NCBI GenBank assembly: GCA_963664885.2
Contig: CAXXSB010000015.1
Location: forward strand, 169,427 to 233,426
Source of the DNA: Sulfurimonadaceae bacterium
Lineage (GTDB): Bacteria; Campylobacterota; Campylobacteria; Campylobacterales; Sulfurimonadaceae
DNA length: 64,000 nucleotides
Reading direction: 5' to 3'
The notes under the pieces are model-generated. The model worked only from the letters and a program-made list of their open reading frames with translations, made no database searches and had not been told where the DNA came from. The first letter of the stretch is position 1. Each line of letters begins with the position of its first letter. Made by a program: the position numbers and the translations under genes. Positions 19,891 through 28,952 of the stretch are shown piece by piece.

Positions 19891-20448
19891 TTAGGCTATT
19901 AGCAACCTTCTCATCGAATCGAAAAATCCGTTTATAATCCCTTTGTGAAACAGCAGCTCTTGGATGTAGCCGTCGTAGTCTTTCCCTTGATTACGCAGAA
20001 ATTTGAGCAGATGCTTTTCGGAGGCTTCGACCCCCTCTTTCTCTTCTATGGCAAGCAGCTCTTTATAAAGCGGCTCTATTTTTTTTATGGCATGTTCGGG
20101 TGCTGCTTTGCGCAGGGCGAGGTACCCTTCGGGCGTTTTATCGAAGGGGTGCAGCTTTGTCTCAAAACTTGTCGTGACCCAGTAGTAGTCGCCGTTTTTG
20201 GTTCTGTTTTTTACCAGAGCGATCATGTTTTGGTTGTTTTTAAGACGTTGCCACATCCATTTGAAAACCACCTTTGGCATGTCGGGATGGCGGATGATGT
20301 TGTGGGATGTATTGAGCAGTTCTGCTTCGCTGTAGCCGCTGATCTCGCTGAAATATTTGTTGCAGTATTTGATATTGCCCTTAAGGTCGGTGCGGCTTAA
20401 AATCGATTTTATGTTGCTGAGTTCTATTTGTTTGGGTGCTTTTTGCAT
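19891..20448 (-). CDS. Stand-alone PAS-domain protein, CetB/Aer-PAS-like
   Basis: YCNKYFSEISGYSEAELLNTSHNIIRHPDMPKVVFKWMW is the Aer/CetB-type PAS signature. Confidence 0.75.
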   Translation of the reverse strand: MQKAPKQIELSNIKSILSRTDLKGNIKYCNKYFSEISGYSEAELLNTSHNIIRHPDMPKVVFKWMWQRLKNNQNMIALVKNRTKNGDYYWVTTSFETKLHPFDKTPEGYLALRKAAPEHAIKKIEPLYKELLAIEEKEGVEASEKHLLKFLRNQGKDYDGYIQELLFHKGIINGFFDSMRRLLIA

Positions 20449-20582
20449 AAAAAACTCCTTGTTTTTGAAATTGTACGGAATGAAGGTTACGTTTTTGTAG
20501 CAGTTTTTTGAGCGTTAGTAACTTCACAAAAGCCTAATGCAATTTTTGTTCGAGAGGTGGGATGCCCCTAAAAAAGGGGAGC

Positions 20583-21086
20583 CTAAGAGAAATGGGGGCG
20601 GATATTGGCGACCCACTCTTTGATCCGATCGGCACTTAGGTCGTCTTGGTTGTTCTCATCCAAAGCAAGTCCTACGAACATCCCATCGACCACCGCGGTA
20701 GAATCGTCGAACTCATACCCGTCCGTAGGCCAGTTTCCTACGATGTTCGCACCGAGTTTAACAAGTTTGGCATGGAGGGTACCCATCGCATTTAAAAAAT
20801 AATCGCCGTAGTCCTCTTGGTCTCCAAGCCCAAAAAGCGCAACCGTTTTGCCCCCGACACCCTCGGCGGTGATATTTTCAAAATACTCCTCCCAGTCGTC
20901 TTGCAAATCGCCGTCCCCCCATGTAGAGATACCCATGATAAGCGCGTCGTAGTTTTGCATAGCGTCGCTTTTTGCATTGCACACGTTCTCTAAAGTGATA
21001 TCCATAGCACCCATTTGTGCTTTGATTTCGTTTGCCATATTTTCGGTGTTGCCCGTCGATGTCGCGTAAAAAAGTCCTATTTTCAT
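20583..21086 (-). CDS. fldA: Long-chain flavodoxin
   Basis: MKIGLFYATSTGNTE FMN-phosphate loop, and STWGDGDLQDDW. Confidence 0.9.
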   Translation of the reverse strand: MKIGLFYATSTGNTENMANEIKAQMGAMDITLENVCNAKSDAMQNYDALIMGISTWGDGDLQDDWEEYFENITAEGVGGKTVALFGLGDQEDYGDYFLNAMGTLHAKLVKLGANIVGNWPTDGYEFDDSTAVVDGMFVGLALDENNQDDLSADRIKEWVANIRPHFS

Positions 21087-21107
21087 ATGTTTCCTTCAGT
21101 GTGAATT

Positions 21108-21887
21108 TTATTTTCTGTTACAAAATGTAAATGAATAGGGGATCAGCTTGATCTCCCTTGCGTCTTTGGCATGTTGAATGCGGATATGTTTTTGGAAGTT
21201 TTGTGTTTTTGGGTAAACCAAGTAGCATTGGTCTATCGGTTTCGTATGCAGGTCGTCTAAACTTTGTGATATCTCCTTTGTTCTTGATGCAAGGCGACTT
21301 GGATCAAGCCGCTTCCATTGGGGGTAGAGTCGGGTTGTAACACCGTTTTGGTTGATGTGGATATAGGGGTAATCGAGGGTGATTTTTTTGTCCCCCTCGC
21401 GCGGGATACGTTTATATACCGTTTGCGCAAACACCATATCAAGATCCATCATCATCTCGATCTCTTTGCCGTTAAAGATCATCGCCATAAGCTGTGCCGC
21501 GGGATGTTTGTACTCTTTTTTCGGTTTAAAACGGCTCCAAAATACGTGTTTGTCGCTAAGGTATCGAAATTTTTCCAAGCTGCTTACTTTGAAAAATCGG
21601 TTAAAAAGCAAAGACTCTTCGATATAGATTTTCCGCACCCTTTGGGGATGCTCTGGGCGGAGCTTGTAGATGGGAAAAAACGATTCGATCTTTTGGATAA
21701 AGATACTCAAAATATCCGCATCAAACACGTCGGCATCTTTGGTGCAGATGCGTGCTTTTGGAGATAAAAACTCGTTGATCATCGTAAAAAACATCTTTCT
21801 TTTGCGTCGTAACGATTCCACTTGGTACGATTTCGGCAGAATCTCTTTGATCTTGTCGTTGCAATGTGCAAAGCCTATCTTTCGCAT
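21108..21887 (-). CDS. Hypothetical protein, co-directional with and 21 nt upstream of fldA
   Basis: A 259-aa ORF with a GGAG RBS 6 nt upstream of its ATG. No family recognised. Confidence 0.6.
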   Translation of the reverse strand: MRKIGFAHCNDKIKEILPKSYQVESLRRKRKMFFTMINEFLSPKARICTKDADVFDADILSIFIQKIESFFPIYKLRPEHPQRVRKIYIEESLLFNRFFKVSSLEKFRYLSDKHVFWSRFKPKKEYKHPAAQLMAMIFNGKEIEMMMDLDMVFAQTVYKRIPREGDKKITLDYPYIHINQNGVTTRLYPQWKRLDPSRLASRTKEISQSLDDLHTKPIDQCYLVYPKTQNFQKHIRIQHAKDAREIKLIPYSFTFCNRK

Positions 21888-21900
21888 AGTGACTCCTTTT

Positions 21901-21970
21901 TAATAATAGTTATCAAATAGTAAGATAAAAAAGCTTAAGATATTATAATAATCGTTATCATTTTATAATT
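21901..21970. promoter_or_regulatory. AT-rich region with two Fur-box-like sequences upstream of the 259-aa gene / fldA
   Basis: taataatagttatca (21901-21915) and ataataatcgttatcatttt (about 21945-21964) resemble GATAATGATAATCATTATC. Confidence 0.4.
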
Positions 21971-22086
21971 TATGACGTATCTCTTTTTGTTTATAACGGC
22001 AAGAGTTTAAGAGTAGACTTTTTTAAAGCGGCAGTTTATGGGAGGAGATCGTCTCAAAAAGAGACGAAATGGAGGAGGAGCGTAGA

Positions 22087-22524
22087 TTATGACAAAGTGG
22101 CTTTAATCATCCAAATATCTTTTTCGAGCGATGCGATTTTTTCATCGGCAAATCCGACGGTTGCTTTGTCTCCCTCTTTGTCTGCGGCATCGGAGAGTTC
22201 TACAAACGCTTTGAGAAGAGTTTTGTAATCAGCTAAAATGCTCTCTAAAACGTATTTAGCGTCAAAATCGCTTTTTGTTTCCTCTTTAATGCGGGTTGCA
22301 CCGGTGATGTCTCCAAAAGTGATATGGGGCTTTTGTCCAAGCTGCAAGACGCGTTCGGCACAATCGTCGTAAAGCCCCGCCATGCTTTCGTAAATCCCTT
22401 CCGTCATGTTGTGTATCGGAGAAAACTGCATCCCTTTGATGTTCCAGTGGTAGTTGTGTACTTTAACAAACAGAGCCAACGCATCTGCTTGAAGCGTTTT
22501 TAGTTGTGTAGTGACTTTTGCCAT
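22087..22524 (-). CDS. dps: Dps family DNA-protection/ferritin-like protein
   Basis: FVKVHNYHWNIKG and the ferroxidase-site context. Start moved to MAKVTTQ (AAAGGA RBS). Confidence 0.9.
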   Translation of the reverse strand: MAKVTTQLKTLQADALALFVKVHNYHWNIKGMQFSPIHNMTEGIYESMAGLYDDCAERVLQLGQKPHITFGDITGATRIKEETKSDFDAKYVLESILADYKTLLKAFVELSDAADKEGDKATVGFADEKIASLEKDIWMIKATLS

Positions 22525-22653
22525 CGTGTATCCTTTGATAGTGTAAATGTATAAACGGATACAGTATAGCACTATTAAAGAAAAAAAATCAATAAACGAT
22601 AGTGAAAGTCTGTATCAAAACAATAAAGCCGCATGCCATGAAGGCAAATGCGG

Positions 22654-24033
22654 TTATAGCAATGTTTTACTTAGACGGTTTTTTGGTTCTTTATTTTGAA
22701 AGAAAAAGTAAAACATTACCCCTAAGCCGATTGTTGCAAGCGCATACAACGCGGCTTGGGGTTTGTTTAGCAGTGAAAAGAGTACGATGCCGCCGTTTGC
22801 AAGCAAAAATAGGATCGGCAAAAGCGGATAGAGCGGTGTTTTGTAGGGGCGTTCTCTCGTTGGTTCTTTGCTTCGTAAACGCATAAGTCCGTAAACACTC
22901 AGCATCGAGGAGAGGGAGAGGGTAAGCCCTATGTAGATTAAAAGCGTCTCAAAGGTCGACGTTACAATCATCACGATTGCCAAAAATGCTTGTAAGATGA
23001 TGGCATGTACGGGGGTTTTACGCTTATCGCATACATGTTCGAACTTTTGAAAAAAGAGCCCGTCTTTTGCCATGGCGTAGTAAACTCTAGGTCCTGCCAT
23101 CACCATAGCGCTTACAACGGAGAGAAGTCCCAAAGCTATTGCAATGCCTATGAGAGAGCCGAGCGTATCGCCGAAAAGGTTTTGTGCCGCACCCGTTGCA
23201 ACTTCAAGCATCCCGGACATCTGCTCTTGGGGGAGTGCATAGATATAGACAAGATTGAGAAGCAGATAGAGCGCGGTGACAAAGAGCGTTCCCAAAAAGA
23301 GCGAGAGGGGAAGATTGCGCTGCGGATTTTTGATTTCGCCGCCGAGATAAGAAGCTGCATTGTAGCCGCTGTAGGCAAAGGAGATAAAAACCAAAGAGAC
23401 GGCTAAAGCTCCGTAGGAAACCGATTGCGCTGAGGTAAAAAATGCCTCTTCAATCCTTAAAAAGTCCCCTTTTCCAAAGAAAAAACCGCCAAAAATCAGG
23501 AAAAGCACAAAAAATATCTTAAATGCCGTGAGAAAGTTTTGGGTGTTTTTACCGAGGCGAACGCTATGGATATGGACGTAAGAGAGAAGCACAACAGTTA
23601 GAATCGCTATAAATGTGATGAGGGAAAAATCCAGTATCGCTACCCCAAAAAGCGAAAAGCTAAACCATGCAACATGTTCTGAACCTAAAAGGTAGGTCGC
23701 AAAAGCAATGGCTGCAGCAGCTATGGGAGCCGAAAAACCTACGATGAGTGAAATCCAACCCGAAACAAAGGCGCTTAAAGGACCGAATATTTCTCGCAAA
23801 TAGACATATTCGCCGCCTGCATGGGGAAACATCGCGCCGAGTTCCCCGTAGCAAAGTGCACCGATGAGCGCAAAGAGCCCGCCTAAGAGCCAACAGAGCA
23901 AAAGAAGCTGAGTATTTTGCAACTCTAAAAGAATGAAGCCTGAAAGGGTGAAAATCCCCGTGCCGACCATATTGGCAATGACCAATACGGTTGCAGAGGG
24001 GAGCCCTATCTCTCTAGAAAGGTTTTGACCCAT
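22654..24033 (-). CDS. APC-family amino acid permease
   Basis: About 12 predicted TM segments. N-terminal block VIANMVGTGIF. Confidence 0.85.
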   Translation of the reverse strand: MGQNLSREIGLPSATVLVIANMVGTGIFTLSGFILLELQNTQLLLLCWLLGGLFALIGALCYGELGAMFPHAGGEYVYLREIFGPLSAFVSGWISLIVGFSAPIAAAAIAFATYLLGSEHVAWFSFSLFGVAILDFSLITFIAILTVVLLSYVHIHSVRLGKNTQNFLTAFKIFFVLFLIFGGFFFGKGDFLRIEEAFFTSAQSVSYGALAVSLVFISFAYSGYNAASYLGGEIKNPQRNLPLSLFLGTLFVTALYLLLNLVYIYALPQEQMSGMLEVATGAAQNLFGDTLGSLIGIAIALGLLSVVSAMVMAGPRVYYAMAKDGLFFQKFEHVCDKRKTPVHAIILQAFLAIVMIVTSTFETLLIYIGLTLSLSSMLSVYGLMRLRSKEPTRERPYKTPLYPLLPILFLLANGGIVLFSLLNKPQAALYALATIGLGVMFYFFFQNKEPKNRLSKTLL

Positions 24034-24863
24034 TAAAGGAAGTTTCCTACGTAAACAAGGTGGTTAAACGGGATTTTCTCTTTGCCCACTTTTGCTTGGA
24101 TGGTTGCTAGCGTCGCAACGATCACCTCCTCTTTTTGGCTCTCGCCCGCGTTGATAACGATAGCAATCGGCGTCTCTTTTGGATAGAGCGTCAAGAGATG
24201 CGTGATGAATTTGTCAAACTCTCTGTCCATAAAAAAGACCATAGTCGATTGGGTCGGAGCGAGTTTGTCGATGATAGCGTTTTTTGTACTTCCAACTGTC
24301 AGCGTTACCCCTTTGGCATCTTCTAATCCTCCTATGACCGATGTTTGCAGTGCTGCATTTGCTGCGTTGAAACTAGAGATACCGGGAATGATTTTTGGTG
24401 CTAAATCTTGAAACTCTTTGACAAAATAGATATGCGGACCGTAAATCGTCGGATCGCCGTTGTCGATGACGACGATATTTTTCCCCTCTTTGATGCTTTT
24501 GCGGATAAGCTGTTTATATTCCGCTTCGATTTTTGCTATCTCCTCGGGTGTCTTTTTTTGCTCTTTTCCGGCTTGGTCTTTGGTTTTTATCCATTTGCTT
24601 TTTGTGCTTTTGCTAAAGAGGGCATGCCCTGCTGCGTAGATAGGTTTGCCTTTGAGAAGTTCTGCAAATTTGCCTGCTTCTCCGTTCATAGTAAAGACGA
24701 TGTCGGCTTCTTGGATAGTTTTATGCGCCTTGAGCGTCATGTTGTCGAGATCGCCTGTGCCTGAACTCACAAGAGAGAGTTTTCCGTCTGCTAAGAGGTT
24801 GCTTGCTCCCAAAAGAGCGCCGAGTGCAAGTGAAAGTGTCACTTTTTTGATGCTACATGCCAT
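24033..24863 (-). CDS. Tetrapyrrole (corrin/porphyrin) methylase-fold protein with an N-terminal signal peptide
   Basis: TP_methylase blocks are LVSSGTGDLDNMTLKA..EADIVF, DNGDPTIYGP and IPGISSFNAANAAL. The N-terminus MACSIKKVTLSLALGALLGASNLLA looks like a secretion signal. Confidence 0.65.
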   Translation of the reverse strand: MACSIKKVTLSLALGALLGASNLLADGKLSLVSSGTGDLDNMTLKAHKTIQEADIVFTMNGEAGKFAELLKGKPIYAAGHALFSKSTKSKWIKTKDQAGKEQKKTPEEIAKIEAEYKQLIRKSIKEGKNIVVIDNGDPTIYGPHIYFVKEFQDLAPKIIPGISSFNAANAALQTSVIGGLEDAKGVTLTVGSTKNAIIDKLAPTQSTMVFFMDREFDKFITHLLTLYPKETPIAIVINAGESQKEEVIVATLATIQAKVGKEKIPFNHLVYVGNFL

Positions 24864-24912
24864 GAATATTCCTTATTGCTGTGTTTTAATAGATGCCCCA
24901 AGGGGCGTCTAA

Positions 24913-24953
24913 GCAAAAACAGCCCCCGCCGAAAAAGGGGAAAACGGCAGGGG
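24913..24953 (-). terminator. Putative Rho-independent terminator downstream of the TonB-dependent receptor gene
   Basis: cccccgccg...cggcagggg stem. It is followed by a T-run on the minus strand (gcaaaaac on plus). Confidence 0.5.
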
Positions 24954-24962
24954 TACTAGGGT

Positions 24963-26921
24963 TTAGAATTGGTACTTTACGCTTAGGCGCACGTCGCGAC
25001 CCGCTTCGTAGACGACGTCGCCACCGCCGTACATAGACGTGTGTTGGGCGTATTTTTTATCGGTGATGTTGTTTAGTGCCAAAGAAAATTCCAAGCCCTC
25101 TATATTTTTTGAACGAAATTGCGCTTGAATATCGTGCAGGGCATAACCGGGGCGCGGTTTTGTCGTCGTGTTTTGGTTATGCAACCCTTTGACACCCGTG
25201 AAAATGTAGCCTAAAGAGAGCTCGGGAGTGAGGAGAAAATCTGTGTTAAGCACCACTTTGTCGCCGACATTGGAAGCTTTTCTGCGTATGACGTCAATCT
25301 CTTCGGCATCACTTGTCGTTTTGACTTTTGTATAGTTGGCTCCAAGGTAGATACGCTCGTTTTCCCAAGAGATTTTCGCTTCGTACCCTTTGGACTCTAT
25401 TTTCTGCGGATTGTTCCAAATTTTAGAAACCGGTCCGCCGCCTCCGCCGACACGTTCTATGGTGTCTTTCATGCTTGTCTTGAAGACACTGAGTGTGATA
25501 TGCAATCTGTCGTCGCTGCTTACAAGGTCGGCATGCGAGAATTTTACGCCCGCTTCTTGCTGCGTTGCGCTTTCGGGTTTAAATGGTTTCTCGTCGTTAA
25601 AGTTGGTCGTAGCTACGATATTGTTCATCCATCCCACGGGGATGATACCGCTTGCACGGATCGACTCCCCGTAATTTCCAAACACCGAGAATCCTTGCAT
25701 TAGGGTGTATTCAAGTCCGCCGTTGGGAGAGAACTCTTCGCCTGAGAGGGTGCGCGGTCCAAACTCTACGTCGTAAGAATCGTAGCGTGCACCATAGTGG
25801 ATATCAAGACCGAAAAGACTCGTGGTGTTTTGTGTAAAAAGGGCAATGTTTTTTGAGACGTTCGATTTTTCGCTTCCGTCGGCATATTTGCTGATCCCCT
25901 CCTCTTTGTAAAAATCGGCTCCGAGAGTGAAGATATTGGCAACAGAGCCGAAAGAGACGAGGGTTTTGTTTTTGATTTTCCCTCCGAAATCTTTACTGAG
26001 GGTCTCAGTGTTTGCGGTTTCGTTTTCAAGAGAGTTCGTGTTATGGTAAAGATTCGTAGTCAGATGCACTAACGAATTTTTTGGATCGTAAATATGTTCG
26101 AGGGTATAGGTGTTGCGCGTAGAGACCTGCATTACAAGGTCACTTCCATCACCCACGTAAGGACCCATATCGCTTCCCGTACTTCCGTATTTTGCATTCC
26201 CTTCGTTGGCGTTTTGTTCGACGCTTATGCGCAATGAATGATCGGCAAGGTCGAGCATAGAGAGTTTTGCAAAGTAGCTTCTATTGCGGTATGCCGAAGC
26301 TTTTGCTATTTCGCCTCCCCCTTGGGTGTAATCATCCCGATTTTCTCCGGAGAGATGCACGTAAAATCCCGTATTGTCGCCTAACATGCCATAAAGGGTC
26401 GTGCTTCCGCGTTCTGCATCGCTTACGCTTGAATAGTTCGCACGAACGATTGCTCCGAGAGTCTCATCGTCTTTGATGAGGTCTTGGGCGTCTTTGGTGG
26501 TCATAGAGATCGCACCGCCGAGTGCTCCGTAGCCGTTTTCTGCATTTGCGGTAGTATGGATATTTACCGCTTTAAGCAGATCGGGGTCAAGCCCCATTAC
26601 ATTGCCCCGATGTTGGTGGAGGTTGGTTCCTTGTTTTGCACCGTCAAGCGTGATGTTGAGGTTGCTTCCTTCAATGCCGCGTAGATAGATCCGTTGTGCA
26701 TTGATTGCTCCTCCGCCGATACTCATAGAGGATTCTTTCGAGAAAACATCCGACAAGTCTTTCGCTTGTATTTTTTCTAAAAGTTCGGTGTCTATCCCTT
26801 TATCGGCTCCGAATGTTTGGGCTTTTTCTTGGATTCCTACTTGTTGGAGGATTACCTCTTGAGCAGTTAAAGCATTCGCGCAGCATGCCAAGAGGAGAAG
26901 AGACGATGAGTGTAATCGCAT
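24963..26921 (-). CDS. TonB-dependent outer-membrane receptor
   Basis: Signal peptide, a plug-domain region, and a beta-barrel ending in the terminal aromatic residue (SVKYQF). Confidence 0.9.
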   Translation of the reverse strand: MRLHSSSLLLLACCANALTAQEVILQQVGIQEKAQTFGADKGIDTELLEKIQAKDLSDVFSKESSMSIGGGAINAQRIYLRGIEGSNLNITLDGAKQGTNLHQHRGNVMGLDPDLLKAVNIHTTANAENGYGALGGAISMTTKDAQDLIKDDETLGAIVRANYSSVSDAERGSTTLYGMLGDNTGFYVHLSGENRDDYTQGGGEIAKASAYRNRSYFAKLSMLDLADHSLRISVEQNANEGNAKYGSTGSDMGPYVGDGSDLVMQVSTRNTYTLEHIYDPKNSLVHLTTNLYHNTNSLENETANTETLSKDFGGKIKNKTLVSFGSVANIFTLGADFYKEEGISKYADGSEKSNVSKNIALFTQNTTSLFGLDIHYGARYDSYDVEFGPRTLSGEEFSPNGGLEYTLMQGFSVFGNYGESIRASGIIPVGWMNNIVATTNFNDEKPFKPESATQQEAGVKFSHADLVSSDDRLHITLSVFKTSMKDTIERVGGGGGPVSKIWNNPQKIESKGYEAKISWENERIYLGANYTKVKTTSDAEEIDVIRRKASNVGDKVVLNTDFLLTPELSLGYIFTGVKGLHNQNTTTKPRPGYALHDIQAQFRSKNIEGLEFSLALNNITDKKYAQHTSMYGGGDVVYEAGRDVRLSVKYQF

Positions 26922-27000
26922 GGTTGTTCCTTTGTAATGAGAAAAAAATTGGGAGGCTGGCTACTAGCGAAGAGTGCATTTGCTGGCTGATAGATATGGT

Positions 27001-27024
27001 ATTGATAACCATCATCAGAATTAT
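27001..27024. promoter_or_regulatory. Fur-box-like operator upstream of the TonB-dependent receptor operon
   Basis: attgataaccatcatcagaattat resembles the Fur consensus. It lies about 80-100 nt upstream of the start at 26921. Confidence 0.5.
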
Positions 27025-27145
27025 AGAATACTATCATTAACGGAATATTAATGTATACAAATTACTTTTATTATAAAATATTATATTATAGAGTTTCTTT
27101 GAAGAATGTGTTATAATTTTCGTATGTTCAAAAAAGGAGGCTATT

Positions 27146-27370
27146 ATGGACGTTTCACGCTATACGTTTCAAACCCCTTACCCTCATCAGGTGCAGATCG
27201 GCAGACCCGATCTGAGCGTAAAACAAGAAGAGGAACAAAACAAACAAAACGCTTCGTTGGTGCAAAATACGAACCAAACGGCGCAGCAGGCACAAAATTT
27301 TCAGGCATCCCAAACCAAAGAGGTGGAGCCGAGTGTTGCGCCGCAGCACGAGTTGGATACTTACGCGTAG
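27146..27370 (+). CDS. Small Q/N-rich hypothetical protein
   Basis: A 74-aa ORF with a strong AAGGAGG RBS. Low-complexity composition. Confidence 0.4.
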   Translation: MDVSRYTFQTPYPHQVQIGRPDLSVKQEEEQNKQNASLVQNTNQTAQQAQNFQASQTKEVEPSVAPQHELDTYA

Positions 27371-27379
27371 AGGGTTCTT

Positions 27380-28327
27380 TTAATCGGTGTTGGTGCCGTG
27401 AACTGCTCGGTCGCGACCCGATTTTTTTGCTATAAAAAGCGCTTTGTCTGCCTCTGCAATGCACTCTTCCATGAATTTGCGGGATGTTTCTTGTATTTCA
27501 CTCGGGTAGGTCGATACGCCGAGACTGACCGTTATTTTGGTTGCAACGATACAAATTTCGGATATGTGTTGCCTGATACGTCGGGCAATCTCCAGAGACT
27601 CCTCCCTGTTTGCTCCGTGGAGCAAAACGATAAACTCCTCACCTCCCCAACGGGCTACAAAGTCGTTCCCCCTGCACCCTTGTCGTATCGCGTCGGCGAC
27701 CGCTTTTAAAACGGCGTCGCCCGTTTGATGACCGTATGTGTCGTTGATGTTTTTAAAAAAATCGATATCCACTATTGCCAAACTAAATACTTCGGGGTTG
27801 CGTACCCTGTTGTGAAGCGTCCATGCAAAATGTTCTTCAAAACAACGTCTATTTTTTAGCCCCGTAAGGGAATCGGTACTCGCCATAAGTCTGAGGTTCT
27901 CTTCTAGCTCTTTGAGTTCCGTCAAATCGTTATGCGCACCTAGCATACGAATAGGTTTTCCCTCGCTATTTCGTATGGCAATACCACGGCAGCGCACCCA
28001 AATCGTTTTGCCGTTTTTATGGCGGTAGCGAACGATTTGATCGTAGGGATGGTCGGGATTTTCACAATGTTTTTGAAAATTTTCTATGGCAACTTTGAGA
28101 TCACCGGGGTTGATCAAATCCTGCCACTCTTTGGCTAAATGTTTCTTCTCGCTCGGATCGTACCCCAAAAGTTCCCAAAACTTTGCATTCATCCATTCGT
28201 TTTCAGGGTTTTCAATATCCCAATACCATAAACCGTCAAGCGAACCGTTTTGTAAAAAGTCGAAAATAGAAGGATCCGTTGCAATCAATGCATAGAGCTC
28301 TTTTTTTAAATAATGCGTCTCATCCAT
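27380..28327 (-). CDS. PAS-GGDEF diguanylate cyclase
   Basis: PAS region, and a GGDEF domain with RWGGEEF and DIDFFKNINDTYGH. Confidence 0.85.
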   Translation of the reverse strand: MDETHYLKKELYALIATDPSIFDFLQNGSLDGLWYWDIENPENEWMNAKFWELLGYDPSEKKHLAKEWQDLINPGDLKVAIENFQKHCENPDHPYDQIVRYRHKNGKTIWVRCRGIAIRNSEGKPIRMLGAHNDLTELKELEENLRLMASTDSLTGLKNRRCFEEHFAWTLHNRVRNPEVFSLAIVDIDFFKNINDTYGHQTGDAVLKAVADAIRQGCRGNDFVARWGGEEFIVLLHGANREESLEIARRIRQHISEICIVATKITVSLGVSTYPSEIQETSRKFMEECIAEADKALFIAKKSGRDRAVHGTNTD

Positions 28328-28406
28328 GTAACTTACCTCCGATTGTTCGACTGCCCATTACAATAGTATATAAAAAGAAAGCTAAATAAAGGATCGCAAA
28401 GCAGAT

Positions 28407-28952
28407 TTAATCCATCCAGCGTCTTGGGTCATACCCCTCGCTCGGTCGCACGAGGGTCGTTCCCTCAAGCGTTTTAAGCAGGGTGAGGGTTTTGGAGCCA
28501 TCCACGACGCTTATGTTTTCCCCTACCGTTTCAAAGCCGAATTTTTCATAGATTTTCTTGGCATGTGAGTCTGCTACGACGCTCACGCACACCTGCTTGT
28601 AGAGCACGCTTGCCTCTTGCAAAAACTGCTCAAGCATGGCGCTAGCGATCCCCTGTTTTTGAAACTTGGGCAAAACCGCCATCGAGATCACGGGGGTCTG
28701 TTCGTCTATAAAAGCTTGGCATCTATGTTCAACCTGCATCTTTCGCGACCAGATCGCTCCTGCCACCTCATGCTCCATCATCGCATAGAGCCCCAAATCT
28801 TTTCGGGTAAATCCGTAGAAATCTTTGTAAATGCCAAGCTGCGGCACATCCTCCAAACTTTTGCCCAAAACGTCCAAACGGTAGGCGTAGGGGAGCATCT
28901 TGTTCACGATATACTGCTCGCTGGAGCGTAAAAAATAGAGTGTCGGTGTCAT
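28407..28952 (-). CDS. GNAT-family N-acetyltransferase
   Basis: Motif A VLPKFQKQGIASAML. Confidence 0.8.
   Translation of the reverse strand: MTPTLYFLRSSEQYIVNKMLPYAYRLDVLGKSLEDVPQLGIYKDFYGFTRKDLGLYAMMEHEVAGAIWSRKMQVEHRCQAFIDEQTPVISMAVLPKFQKQGIASAMLEQFLQEASVLYKQVCVSVVADSHAKKIYEKFGFETVGENISVVDGSKTLTLLKTLEGTTLVRPSEGYDPRRWMD

Noticed and set aside
26922-27145. A possible cobalamin riboswitch upstream of the TonB-receptor / TP-methylase-fold operon.
   Set aside because: I could not find a B12-box-like sequence or a conserved riboswitch core in the leader. Only the Fur-like box is supported.
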